From positions 10,369 through 74,368 of the forward strand of contig JAZKBV010000001.1 of NCBI GenBank assembly GCA_040388415.1: a stretch of 64,000 nt of DNA. The letters run 5' to 3'. This stretch comes from Patescibacteria group bacterium (lineage in GTDB: Bacteria > Patescibacteriota > Minisyncoccia > Phycocordibacterales > PALSA-1337). The position numbers and the translations under genes are program-made. Within the stretch, counting starts at the first letter, position 1. Every line of letters starts with the position of its first letter. Positions 37,384-51,400 of the stretch are shown piece after piece. The notes under the pieces are model-generated. The model did no database searches. It was not told the DNA's origin and saw nothing but the letters and a program-made list of their open reading frames with translations.

Positions 37384-37721
37384 TAGTGGCCGTAAGCCAT
37401 CTATAGTCTAAGCCACAAAACCTTACTAAAGGTATATACATTGGCAACAAATTTAGTAATGTTTATATATTTTTAATATTCTATTTACTAAAACTGAAGC
37501 GAGATCATTTTGATCTGTTTTGTATACCAAAAATGGCAAAAAAGGTGACATGAATCTTGATCAACGACCGTTTAAAATGCCCCAGGACGAAATTTGTTTT
37601 GAATGAAGTCCGACACTTGTTTTGATTATTTATTTTGAGGCTCTTTTGGTTGTATAAAATAAGCCTAGTTATCCCCAGAAAACAAATATATAAATGATAC
37701 TCGTCGTTATAATACTCTTGT

Positions 37722-38606
37722 ATGAAAAAGGACCAGATAATCATAGACGGAAAGACCTACATCTCGGCGCGCCGAGGTGCCGAGATTGCCGGATATTCAG
37801 CGGATTATGTTGGCCAACTCTGTAGAGCGGGAAAAATAGATTGCGCAATGATCGGACGTAGTTGGTATGTCGGCGAAGAATCTATTTTGAAGCACCAAGA
37901 AGAAGCATTCAAAGCAAATCAAACTTCATTCAAACCGAATGAAATAAAAAGTCCTTACTCGCATGCGCCTGTCAGTGTATTTCCTTTGCTTTTGACGGGA
38001 CCACATGGAGGAGCAGTCTCTGCAATTCCTCGTACTATGTCTGAGCAGGTGGTTCATGCAGCCCATCAAGTTGCTCATGAGGCCAATCGTGCCACACCTC
38101 GCGCACTTGTAGCCTCACTCGTTATTACTGCGGTGGTTGGAGTCGGTGCTTTGCTCGTGTCACCACTCTTCATGTCTTTGGATGCAATCTCATCTGAAGA
38201 ATCAAATTCAGCATCTGTTGTACAAGCTGACGGGTCAGTCAGTGCGACATCATTTATACAAAAGAGTTTGCGTGCGATTTATGACGCTTCAGTTAAATAT
38301 ACGGCGCTCGGTATTGTTCCATCTGTCACCGCTTCTGCTGATCAGACATCAAACGATGCTGATCCATATCAGGAGCTCGCGTACGGCGGTCTTGTGGTGA
38401 CGCCTTCACAAGGTACGACGACAGATGCAAAGCTCGCAAATGCTATCACCAACTCATTTTCTGACCCAGTCGAAGTTCGCAAGAATGAAAATACAAACAC
38501 AGGAGTCATCACCCCAATGTTCCGCACCGTGAAGGGACATGACTTTATGTATGTATTGGTACCAGTACAGACAACATCGTCGACTTCTAACAATGACTCA
38601 AAATAA
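37722..38606 (+). CDS. N-terminal HTH (excisionase/HTH_17-like) + TM + extracellular domain protein
   Basis: YISARRGAEIAGYSADYVGQLCRAGKI....GRSWYV; central TM; TATAAT shortly before the ATG. Confidence 0.8.
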   Translation: MKKDQIIIDGKTYISARRGAEIAGYSADYVGQLCRAGKIDCAMIGRSWYVGEESILKHQEEAFKANQTSFKPNEIKSPYSHAPVSVFPLLLTGPHGGAVSAIPRTMSEQVVHAAHQVAHEANRATPRALVASLVITAVVGVGALLVSPLFMSLDAISSEESNSASVVQADGSVSATSFIQKSLRAIYDASVKYTALGIVPSVTASADQTSNDADPYQELAYGGLVVTPSQGTTTDAKLANAITNSFSDPVEVRKNENTNTGVITPMFRTVKGHDFMYVLVPVQTTSSTSNNDSK

Positions 38607-38607
38607 T

Positions 38608-39405
38608 ATGAAAACTCCATTCATGAACAATTTGAAGTCATTCAGAGTCGATTACGATAAGGTCTTCGCATTTATCGCTTTCTTGTCTCTCATCTCATAT
38701 TTCTTCGCTTCTTATGTCTTTGCGCAGAACATGTCGAGCACGAACTATTCGATTCCTGATCAGAGTATCAATTTTGCTGGTAAACTTTCTTCATCGACGA
38801 ACTATACTGTCGAAGATACGGCTGGTGAAGTTGCTACTGGCTTTGCTTCAAGCACGAACTATGGCATCAGTGCAGGTTATCAGCAGATGAATATCGTCAC
38901 TCTTTCAGTTGTTCCACCTTCAAATGTCATCATGTCTTCAGCTCTCGGTGGTGTTTCAGGTGGTAGTTCGAACGGTTCGACAACCTTTACAGTCACTACA
39001 GATGATGCTGCGGGTTATACGGCGACGATTACGGCTAGTTCTTCTCCTGCACTGGTCAGTGGAGCCAATTCTTTCGCTGATTATAGCCCTGCTGGCGCCG
39101 CTCCTGACTATACCTACTCGATCTTGCCAACAAACTCAAACTTTGGCTTCTCAGTACAAGGGACTGATACTGATCAACGCTTCAAGAATAACGGCTCGAT
39201 CTGCAATACAGGCTCAAATACGACAGCGACTACATGCTGGGACGGTCTCTCGACCTCACCAAAGACCATTGCTGGTCGTACAACGAACAATACGCCATCA
39301 GGAACGCAGACGGTGTTGTATTTCCGCGCAGCAACCGGGTCGAACCATATTCAAGTTAATGGCACCTATGTTGCAACAACAACACTGACCGTGACCCCGC
39401 TATAA
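38608..39405 (+). CDS. Secreted beta-rich protein; C-terminal domain paralogous to the 59815 and 61594 proteins
   Basis: Three SSTNY repeats; 'FKNNGS.CNTG...CW', 'YFR', 'G.YVATTTLT.TP'. Confidence 0.75.
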   Translation: MKTPFMNNLKSFRVDYDKVFAFIAFLSLISYFFASYVFAQNMSSTNYSIPDQSINFAGKLSSSTNYTVEDTAGEVATGFASSTNYGISAGYQQMNIVTLSVVPPSNVIMSSALGGVSGGSSNGSTTFTVTTDDAAGYTATITASSSPALVSGANSFADYSPAGAAPDYTYSILPTNSNFGFSVQGTDTDQRFKNNGSICNTGSNTTATTCWDGLSTSPKTIAGRTTNNTPSGTQTVLYFRAATGSNHIQVNGTYVATTTLTVTPL

Positions 39406-39411
39406 ACCGAT

Positions 39412-42400
39412 ATGAAGCATTTTATCTACACAACTCTCGTACTTGTCGGACTCTTCACACAGAGCGCCTTTCCAGTACGTGCATCAGTTGGTAGTACGTT
39501 CACTGCTTCATTCACCACGACTGGCGTTGTAGATTCGATCGCTCCTACGACACCAGTTGGAGTAACAGCGACTCCAGTGTCTCAGTCACAGATCAATCTT
39601 TCATGGACACCTTCAACTGATAACATTGGTGTTGCCGGATATGTCATCTTCCGCGATGCATCTGCGGTTGCTACAACATCAGTTGCATCATTTGTTGATA
39701 CCGGATTGGTCGCAAGCACAACATACACATATGAGGCGCAAGCATTCGATACATCATTTAATTATTCAAGTACATCAGCTGCAGTATCTACGACAACACT
39801 TCCGGTTCCTCCAGTCATCGTGGCTACGTCAACGCCGACAACCTCACCAGTAGTTTCTGGTGGCACTTCAGGTACACCATTTATCCATGGATTGAACATT
39901 GCAGTGCAACCAACCGAGGCTTCGGTCACATTCAATACTGCACGTCCAGCGCGTTCAACTATCTCATGGGGTACAACATCAGATCTCGAAGGAGGTTCGA
40001 TCACCAGTATTTTGTACGATACAACACATGCAGTCACTATTTCGAATCTCGTGCCCAATACGCACTACTTCGCACGCATCACTGTAGTCGACGCACGTGG
40101 CAATCAGTTTGCGTCTTCGATCGAATTTGTCACGCCAACTCTCATATATTCACCACTCGTCAACCCATCTAACTTCAGCGCACAGTTCGCGACTGTCGGA
40201 CGCACCGGAGTCAATCTCACCTGGACAAATCCAAACGATGCTCGTTTTGACTCTGTGCGCATCGTTCGTTCTGAAAGCTTCTTCCCACGCGATCAGTTTG
40301 ACGGCGTGCTCATATATGAGGGTGCACGCGAATCGTTCTTCGATGCAACAGCTATTCCTGGCAAGACATACTACTACGCTATTTTTGCAAAGGATGCGAA
40401 CGGTGCATATTCATCAGGTGCATTGGCACAGGCTTCATCGGTTGTCGGCACAAATCCATTCGTCACTGCGCCACAAGCTGGCTATGTCGATCCGCTCATC
40501 GCACGTTTGACGATCGCTGACTTTGAATTCATCCAGCAGGGCAAAGATCTCATGGTGAATGGTACAAGCACGGTCATGATCAACGGTATGAACAACCTCA
40601 CGATCCGTTTGCCCTACAACAAAGTTCCTGAAGTGTTGAAGACGATCGCAGTTTCTCTCACTGATCCAAAAGACTCATCAAAGGCATTTATCTTCCTACT
40701 CCGCGCAAACACAGAGAAGACATACTACGAGGCAAGCATCGGTGCGCTCAACGCAGTTGGTTCATTCCCATTAGCTATCAGCATCCTCGATTATCAAAAT
40801 CAGAGCTTGAAACAGATCGCCGGTTCAGTCCAAGCTCTCGTTTTTGCTGCGCAAGCTTCTTCAAATGACACAGACCAGCTTTTGCTCTTGATCATCCTTG
40901 TCGCATTGGTTGCTCTTGTGGTCTACGTGATTCGTGGACGTCGTACGGTCGGTATGAACAAGATGACTGGCGCAACGCTTGCTCTCATCTTGGTGTTCGG
41001 ATCATTCGGAACATTCTTTACTCCACAAGCTCACGCTGCGATCAATCAGCAGATCAATTATCAGGGCAAACTAACCAATGCATCGAACATCGCTGTCGCT
41101 GATGGAAGTTACATCGCATCGTTCAGTTTGTATACGGCTCCATCAGGTGGCGCAGCGATCTGGACTGAGCTCGATAACGGATCAAATAAAGTTGTTGTCA
41201 GAAATGGACTCTTTAGTGTCATGCTCGGTTCGACAACACCTCTCACGGGAGTTGATTTCAATCAGACATTGTATCTCGGCGTGACAATCGAAAGTGATTC
41301 AGAAATGACGCCCCGCAAGGTTATCGGCACGGTGCCTTCAGCTATCGTCGCGCAAACTCTTCAGAACATCACTCCCGGTCAGTTGCTCCGCAGTGATATT
41401 CAAAACTCAACATCGACATCAGCAACATTCCTCAATGTATTGCAGAGTGGAGCAGGAAAGATTGCCGAGTTCTTTGGTCAGTCGAGTTTCAGTGTATTCT
41501 CACTTCTTTCAAATGGAAATGTTGGCGTCGGTACATCGACACCAGGTTCACGTTTTGCTATCGCAGGTGCAGCTGGCGCGACCACAGCGCTCTTTAGCGT
41601 TTCAACGTCGACATCAGGTTTTGCGACAACAACGACATTCCAAATCGATCAGAACGGTAGCCTCGCTCTCAGAAATGGCGCGACACTCACATTGAACAAT
41701 TTAAACGGTCCATTGCAGGCGAACAACGGCGTTGTATCAGCGACATCATCAGTAGGTGTGTTGTATGGAGGTACTGGAATTACGACAGCTCCAGCGTACG
41801 GCAACCTCTTGATTGGAAATAACACAGGAGGTTACACGCTTACTGCGACATCTTCACTTGGTCTCGCCAACTTAACTGCAACAAATAGTACCCTCACATT
41901 TTCAGGTGCATATAATGGAAGTACTGCTCGCACAGTTGGTATCAACTTGGCTAATTCAAATACATGGACAGTCAATCAAGCATTTAATGCAAATGATAGT
42001 ACATCTGGCTCTATAAAAATTCAAAACGGTTCAGTCACTTCGAATTCGGGAGTTATCGGTATCGCAGGTTCATCAAATGCGCTCGCCACTGGAGCGGCGT
42101 CAGGGGATTTTGTGCTCAGTACAGATTTTTCTAATATTATCTTCTCGGCAAAGAGCGGGTCACGATCTGACATCTATATCAGAAGTAGTGATGGATATGT
42201 CGGCATCGGTACCACCTCACCATTTGCAAGACTTTCAGTCGACGGTCGCGGTGTCTTCAATCAAGATGTCCGTGCTGATTACTACACAGCAACTTCAACC
42301 TCGATCGCTTCAACTTTCCCATATGCTTCAACAACTGCTCTTACAGTTGCAGGTACAAATGGTCTTACGGTTGGTACATTGAATGGTCCTCTCCAAGCAA

Positions 42401-45400
42401 ATAACGGAACAGTTTCAGCAACCTCATCAATTGGTGTTCTCTACGGTGGCACTGGACTCACCACTGCTCCTACGTATGGCCAAGTGCTCGTAGGTAATGC
42501 TCTTGGTGGTTATACGCTTACCGCGACATCTTCACTCGGTTTCCCAGTTGGCGCTGCATATCCATTCACCTCACTCACCAACTATGGTGCAACTAACCAA
42601 GCAACCACGGGCATCGCATGGTTCCAGAATGGGTTGAATGCAAGTTCGACATCGCACTTTGTGAATGCATCTACCACCGCGCTCACTGTCGCAGGCAACC
42701 TCTATGTTGGCTCACTCAGTGGCCTCCTCCTTGCAACTAACGGCACAGTTTCATCAGTCTCAACTTCATCACTTAACCTTTCAATACCTCTCGCTTCAAC
42801 AACAGGAACACTTGGTGTTGCAAACGGCGGCACAGGGGCAACGGCCTTCGGACAAGGATGGATCTACTCAGTCGGTGGCACCGGAGCATTGAGTGCTTCT
42901 ACAAGTCCAACGGTTACATTCCTTTATGCAACTTCAACCTCGATCGCCTCAACCTTCCCATACGCTTCAACCACAGCGCTCACCGTGTCAAACGGCGCAG
43001 GATTCTTCCTCGGCTCACTCAACGGCCCACTCCAAGCAAATAACGGAAAGGTAAGTGCAACCTCATCAGTTGGTGTTCTCTACGGTGGCACCGGACTCAC
43101 AACAGCCCCTTCATATGGCAATATCTTGGTTGGTAATGCTCTCGGCGGGTATACGTTGACCGCGACTTCATCTCTCGGCATCACAGGTGTATCAGGTGGC
43201 ACCGCAGGCATGCTCACCTCATGGACTGGCGGTTCAACTCTCACTGCAACTGGTACTCCAACAGCTGCTGCATACTATGCTTCATCGACGACTGCGACAT
43301 CAACGTTCATGGGTGGTTTCGTTGCTGGCACGAACGGACTGACGGTGCTTCAGAATGGCAATGTCGGCATTGGAAATACAGCTCCACTTAATAAGTTCGA
43401 TGTGACCGGCAGTTTTAATTCGCAGTCACTAGATGGACAATCGATCAGAAACAATGATTCAGAAGGCATCGTTCTCGATGATGGCGGCAATGGGACAGGA
43501 ATCAGGCTTACCTCGTTGGGCACTGAATTTAGAGTCGATGGCAATAATGGCGCTTTCTTGTTCAATTCTGGAAACGTCGGCATCGGCACGTCATCACCAT
43601 TCACGGCTCTCTCAGTCATGGGTAATGGATATTTCGCAGGCAATGTCACCGCATCAAACTTCACTGCAACATCTACAACAGCGACAAGTACCTTCCCGAT
43701 CTTGAGACAAGGTGAAATCGCTATCATCGATCCTCTCGGAAGTGCAAAGTATGTCGTTGCTACCACCTCAACTGATGTAGGACGCGGAAATGCTTTGAAG
43801 TATGCTGTTTCGATCGCCCAAAACGGTTCTTCGATATACCTCGCATCTACGACGTATGATCTCGGAAACTCGACCCTGGATTTGAGTCGATTGAATACAT
43901 TTTTTGTTCATCTGCATGGTGCTGGCAAGTATAGTACAGTCATCAAGAGCACTGCCACATTTGGTGTTCTCGATATCAATTCAGGCGAAGAGATAACAGA
44001 TCTGTCTGTCATAAATCCAAGTTATATCGGTATCAATTCTATAGAAGCATTCCGTAATGTTCTTATAAAGGATGTTTACATTCTAGCGGGAACAGTGGGT
44101 ATGTCATTGACGCCTGATAGAGATGGAACTGGCTACATAGAGAACGTAACGATCGATTCAAAGGGCGATGGCATACAAATGGCAAATGGAGTCTATGACA
44201 GCACTATGATGAGGATCTTCATACACGATTCCGATATCCGTGGAATACCAGGCGGCTCATCGACTGCGTATGGTATCAAGGCCGATGGTGTGACCGCGTA
44301 CATTTATAATACGAACATAGATATGTCAGCGTCAGGCGGCGCGACCTCGTATGGTCTTGAAGTTAGCGAGCGAAATGATTACCCCGGATATCTCTACGTA
44401 TCAGGCGGACAAATCTCGTCCAAGACCACGGACTTGGTGAATACTGCTGGAACGCCAGACAGTACGCTTTCTATCACTGCAAACACGATCTACGATGTTT
44501 CAAAGGCAACTGGGACACTTGCATACGCTGACGCGAATCAGATAATTAAAAGCATTTCGCATGGGACAGAAAATCTAGGCTTGGGAAGTCCAAATCCAAC
44601 ACATAAATTGGAGGTTAACGGTACCTCATTCTTTGAGTGTGGCGATGTTGATGATGCCTTTTCAGTGTACGATACTCCTGATGCTATAAGCAGACTTAAA
44701 GTTAATTGTGACAATCCATCTGTCGTTCTAAATAACCTTATGACAGTAACAGAGGGCGCTGTCGGCATCGGCACCAGCTCGCCATTCACTGATCTCTCAG
44801 TTGTTGGCAATGGATACTTCACGGGCAATCTCACTGCAACAAATATTACAGCGACAGGCACACTCAAGGTTGGTACTCTTAACGGTCCGCTCCAAGCGAA
44901 TAATGGTATCGTCAGTGCAACTACATCGGTCGGTGTTCGTTACGGAGGTACAGGGCTCACGACCGCTCCTTCATATGGAAATATTCTTGTTGGAAACAAT
45001 GCAGGAGGTTACACACTCACTGCGACGTCATCGCTCGGTCTCGGTTCAGGCACTGTCAACTCTGGTCTTCAGGGACAGGTAGCGTTCTATAATGCAAATG
45101 GTACCGCTGTTACTGGTACTTCAACGTTGTTCGTTGGGACGAATGGAAATGTTGGAGTCGGGACGACATCGTCAAGTGAAAAATTGACCGTCAATGGAAA
45201 TCTTCATTTAGTGAATTCAGCAAGCAACGCATTCGATGGATTTACTATCGATGCAAATAATGGCGAGACTGGTATCTTGCGTGCGCCAGGTGCTTCAAGT
45301 GCTGCTCTCCAATTTATTGCTGGAACAGGTAATTCAGGTGGTTACTTCGGAATTAGAAATTCAGGTGGAACGAACGGTACTGGTCAATTCTTCTTTAACT

Positions 45401-48400
45401 CAACACAACTTTCACAGGATGTTCAATTTGAAACTAATTTTGCTAACTCATATCTTGGAAATGATGGAAGCATGAATTTGAACAACACTCTCTATATGCC
45501 AGCTGGGGCGGGAAGTATCGGTATCGGAACGGATGCTCCAGGAAGCGTATTACACCTTAAGTCAGTTAATCCAACGCTTACCGTTCAAAATAACGGCGCT
45601 GACGGTGTCGATTCAATATCTTTTGTTGATGATGAAGCTGAAAAGGCATCTATAAAAATGGATGCAGGAAACAATTTGTTCAGCCTATCAAGCAATTACA
45701 ATATTGCATTGTTGTCTAATAACAACGTCGGTATCGGAACCGCTGCTCCTGCATATGCTCTCGATGTCAACGGCTTCGTGAACGTGGATGGTGCATATGG
45801 ATACAAGCAAGATGGAACCACGATCCTCGTCGCAAGCAGCACAACATTGTCTGTATTGCTTGGTGGCAATGCGGGCGCATCGCTCACAGATCCAAATGGT
45901 CTCAGTAATACCGCGATCGGTTTCAATACATTGTCTACAGCAACATCTTCGGTTGAAAATACTGCTGTTGGTTACAATGCGCTCGCAAACAATGGCACAA
46001 ACTACAATACCGCCGTCGGTACCTGGTCAATGTATGCCAATACATTTGGTATCGATAACACTGCTATCGGTGGATATAGCCTTCGTTCAAATACGACAGG
46101 TTCAAGCAGTGCTGCGGGAGGTACATCAGCGCTCCAGGCAAATACAACAGGTTCGTTTAACACCGCTTTTGGTAAATCTTCGCTTCGTTTTAACACCACT
46201 GGTTCAAACAATACCGCTCTTGGTTTTCGTGCATTATTCAACTCTCTCGGCACAGGAAATATCGGCATCGGTTATTCAGCAGGAAAGTATGAGACTGGTT
46301 CAGACTCATTCTATGTAGACAACCAAGATAGAACAAACACAGCGGGAGATAAGGCTAGCGCACTCTTGTATGGTAAATTCAATGCGACAGCTGCGAACCA
46401 GACGCTCGTCATCAATGCATCAACTACTGTCGCGCAGAGCTTGAGCGTCCTTGGTTCAGGTGCCTCATACTTCCTTGGTAACCTCGGTATCGGTACAAGT
46501 TCACCATTTACAAAGTTTGCAGTCATGGGTGACGGTTACTATGCAGGAAATGTAAAAGCTTCAAACTTTACCGCTACCTCGTCTACTGCATCAAGTTTCC
46601 CATATGCTTCAACCACCGCGCTCACTGTCGCAGGCAACCTCTATGTTGGCTCACTCAGCGGCCTCCTCCTTGGAACAAACGGCACCGTCTCGGCAGTATC
46701 AACCTCATCACTTAACCTTTCAATCCCTCTTGCTTCAACAACAGGAACGCTGGGTGTCGCTAATGGTGGCACCGGAGCAACGACCTTCAGCCAAGGTTGG
46801 ATATATTCAACAGGTGGTACAACAGCACTCTCAGCTTCCACGAGTCCAACAGTCAACTACTTCACTGCAACTTCAACCACGATCGCTTCAACATTCCCAT
46901 ACGCTTCAACAACAGCTCTTACAGTTGCCGGCACAAACGGTCTCAAGGTCGGAACACTGAACGGCCCACTCCAAGCTAACAACGGTACAGTATCAGCAAC
47001 CTCATCAGTTGGTGTTCTCTACGGTGGCACAGGACTCACTACAGCTCCTGCATATGGTCAGGTCCTCGTCGGTAACGCACTTGGTGGTTACACTCTCACT
47101 GCTACGTCGTCACTTGGTATTACAGGAGTATCAGGTGGCACCGCAGGCATGCTCACCTCATGGACAGGGGGATCAACGCTCACCGCAACCGGCACTCCAA
47201 CAGCTGCTGCATACTATGCTTCATCGACGACAGCGACATCGACGTTCCGTGGCGGTTTGAGTGTTGCTGGCTCAGCAGGTCTCACTGTCCTTCAGAATGG
47301 CAATGTTGGTATCGGTACTGCATCTCCTAGTTATAAACTCCATGTCGCTGGCACTTTTGCTGTACAAACTGGTACCGGAGGCTCAACTAGTGATTCTCCA
47401 AGCTCTGATTCTTTCACCACAACATATCCTAATATCACTGCAAACAGCGTTACTGGTGATTATGGAGGTTTCTCATTTACATTCTATGATGACGGAAGCG
47501 GTAATCTTCTTGATACTGGTGATGATCATCAGATTGGAACAATTAACTATGTGAATGGAGTAGTAAGTACAGTTGATTTTGGTGATGATACAATCGACCA
47601 AATAAATTACACATATAGTGGCACGTATGCTTTAACTACTGATTCTAGTGGAAAAGTAGGTATCGGAACACTTTCTCATCTCTCAAATCTCGACGTTGGA
47701 GGCAATGTGGCTATCGGTTCATATGCCGGAACAAATGCCGCGCCAACTAATGGTCTCATTGTCAGCGGTAACGTTGGTATCGGCACTGCTTCACCTGAAC
47801 AAACTTTGCATGTGAAAGGTCCTCTACTTATAGAAGGTAATCCGACTCCGCGTTTGTATTTCAAATCAAATGATGGTAACTGGTTCGTGATAGATAGATA
47901 TTCTGGACAGGAATCATACAGCGGTTATTTTGGAGAGAATGGTGACACGGGTGATTTGTTCTTCCGTGGACAAGGCAGCTTCTATTTTGGTGACCAATCA
48001 ACACCAGCAATCCTCGCCAACGGCGCGACCAAAAAAGCGACATTTATATTTGCTTCAAGTACTGCATTTAGCACAGCATACGCATCATCAACAAGAGATT
48101 TCGTCGGCACGCTCAATCTCCCAAATATCACTGGCACACAATGTCTCCATTCGGTGAGCGGTGTAGTAAGTGGTACAGGAAGCGATTGCGCATCAGTTGC
48201 ATACCCATTCACCTCACTCACCAACTATGGTGCAACTAACCAAGCGACCACTGGCATCGCATGGTTCCAGAATGGCATCAATGCTTCAAGTACATCACAC
48301 TTTGTGAATGCTTCAACAACAGTTCTTTCGGCAACAGCGATTTGTATCTCAACTGACTGTCGTTCTGCATGGCCAACTGGTGGTGGCAGTGGGGGTGGCT

Positions 48401-51400
48401 CATGGTCAACGACTACGTCACAAGTTACAGGACGTCTCGTAAATTACTCAAACAATACGACTGATATCGTCGCTATCGGCGCAAACTCAACTACAACAGC
48501 GAAATATTGGTTTGATCCAAACACACAGACATCATTCTTGTCAGGCAATGTCGGTATAGGTACAACCTCGCCATTCACCGCGCTTTCAGTCATGGGTAAT
48601 GGTTACTTTGCTGGCAACGTCACTGCCTCGAACTTCACCGCTACTTCAACAGTTGCTTCAACTTTCCCATACGCTTCAACAACAGCTCTTACAGTTGCAG
48701 GTACAAATGGTCTTACGGTTGGTACATTGAATGGTCCTCTCCAAGCAAATAACGGAACAGTATCAGCAACCTCATCAGTCGGTGTTCTCTACGGTGGCAC
48801 AGGACTTACCACTGCTCCTACATACGGACAGATCTTGGTTGGAAACAATGCAGGAGGATACACGCTTACTGCAACTTCATCACTCGGTCTTCCAACATTC
48901 CAGTACCCATTCACCTCACTCACCAACTATGGTGCAACTAACCAAGCCACAACAGGTATCGCATGGTTCCAGAATGGTTTGAATGCGAGTTCGACTTCAC
49001 ACTTTGTGAATGCATCTACCACAGCTCTCACTGTCGCAGGCAACCTCTATGTTGGCTCACTCAGCGGCCTCCTCCTTGGAACAAACGGCACCGTCTCGGC
49101 AGTATCAACCTCATCACTTAACCTTTCAATCCCTCTTGCTTCAACAACAGGAACGCTGGGTGTCGCTAATGGTGGCACCGGAGCAACGACCTTCAGCCAA
49201 GGTTGGATATATTCAACAGGTGGTACAACAGCACTCTCAGCTTCCACGAGTCCAACAGTCAACTACTTCACTGCAACTTCAACCTCGATCGCTTCAACCT
49301 TCCCATACGCTTCAACAACAGCTTTTTCGGCGACTGGAAATGCATATGTAGGCGGTGCGCTTGCGGTCGGAAATCAATACATTGTCGCAACAGGAACGAA
49401 CGCTTTCGCATCAGGATATTCTGACGGTGCCGGAGGTCTCTCGTTGATAAAATCGACAGGTGTTGGCTCTGTGGCGCTTGGTTATGTATTAAATGCAGGT
49501 TCGATTAATTCAAATAATAGCGGATCTGTCGCGGTCGGATATGCGGGCTATGGAAACTCTATCAACTCACAAGCAGCAGGCTCTTTTGCTGGAGGAAATA
49601 CGACAATCTTGTCTGGAAACATCGTAGCGTCTGGAGCCGGCTCATTTGTATGGGGCAGCAATATCAGCGCGACTCAAAGCCTGTCGACTGCCTTTGGTAA
49701 AGGGTTCACTAACTCGACAGCAGATACATTCCAAGTTGGATATTCGTCAACGCCTACGCTTACTGTTAATACTACGGGTGTTGGTATTGGCACGACATCG
49801 CCATACGCACCTCTTTCGGTTAATGGTCAGGTAGTTGCATCATACTTCACCGCAACTACATCTACTGCTTCGGTATTCCCATACGCTTCAACAACAGCGC
49901 TCACAGTTGCTGGCACCAACGGTCTTACGGTTGGTACATTGAATGGTCCTCTCCAAGCAAACAATGGCACAGTTAGTGCAACCTCATCAGTTGGCGTCCT
50001 CTACGGAGGCACAGGACTCACTACAGCTCCTACGTATGGCCAAGTGCTCGTAGGTAATGCTCTTGGTGGTTACACATTGACCGCAACATCTTCACTCGGT
50101 TTCCCAGTTGGCGCTGCATATCCATTCACCTCACTCACGAACTATGGTGCAACCAACCAAGCAACCACTGGCATCGCCTGGTTCCAGAATGGGTTGAATG
50201 CAAGTTCGACATCGCACTTCGAGACAGCACTTTTCAATGGCAATGTCGGCATCGGCACCACCTCACCATTCACTGCTCTCTCAGTTATGGGCAATGGATA
50301 CTTCGCAAATAACGTCACTGCATCATATTTCACTGCAACTTCGACAACTGCAACATCAACATTCGCCGGTGATATCAGTGTCGGTTCAGGTGGCTCAGAT
50401 GCTTTCGTTGTTGATTACTCAGGTAACGTTGGTATCGGCACTTCTACACCATGGAAGACACTTTCAGTCGCGGGCAGTATGGTCCTCACCGGTGGCTTGT
50501 ATGACAACGCCGCTTCAGCTGGTACCGCAGGATATGTCCTCATGTCGACTGCAACAGGTGTACGCTGGGTTGCGACAACAACTTCTTCGGGTACATATTC
50601 ATTTACTCCTCTCACCAACTTCGGCGCAACGAATCAGGCAACCACGGGCATCGCATGGTTCCAGAATGGGTTGAATGCAAGTTCGACATCACATTTCGAC
50701 AATGCTTCAACGACAGTTTTGTCAGCAGCAACGATCTGTATCTCAACAGACTGTCGTTCAGCATGGCCAACAGGAGGCGGTAGTGGTTCGAGCTCATGGT
50801 CAACAACAACCTCATCAGTTGCAGGACGCTTCATCAACTACTCGAACAACACGACTGACATCGTCACTATTGGCGGCAACGCAACCACAACCGCAAAGTA
50901 CTGGTTCGATCCAAATGCATTCACTTCATTCTTCACTGGCAATGTCGGCATCGGCACCACTTCACCGTTCACCGCGCTTTCAGTTATGGGTAGTGGATAC
51001 TTTGCAAACAATGTGACCGCTTCGTATTTCACCGCAACTTCGACAACGGCAACAAGCACCTTCGCTGGAGATGTCACCGTTGGTTCAGGTTCAGATACAT
51101 ATTTTATCGTAGATTACACAGGCAACGTTGGTATCGGCAGTACCACACCATACGCAAAGCTCTCAGTTTCAAATGGCTCGCAGCAAGACGGAACATTGCC
51201 ACTTTTCACTATTGCTTCAACTACAAATCAGAGCCTGTTCGCTGTTCTTGGAAATGGAAATGTCACTATTGGAACCACTTCCCAGCAATCGATCGACCCA
51301 AACAATCCTGCTAAGCTGCTTATCGACATGGGCACTAGCCAGAGTGAAGAAGGGATAAATGTCATAGGCACTGTTAACGACTTTTTGGAAAACAATGTCA

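Noticed and set aside
36717-37721. Replication origin
   Set aside because: Only isolated DnaA-box-like 9-mers (e.g. TTATCCCCA at 37669; also a lone TTATACACA at 59705); no cluster and no dnaA/dnaN
36885-37791. 13-bp match GCCGAGATTGCCG between the intergenic region and the 37722 gene
   Set aside because: Too short to distinguish from chance without further copies
41690-51120. CRISPR array
   Set aside because: The repeats are in-frame coding modules of variable length and spacing; no cas genes
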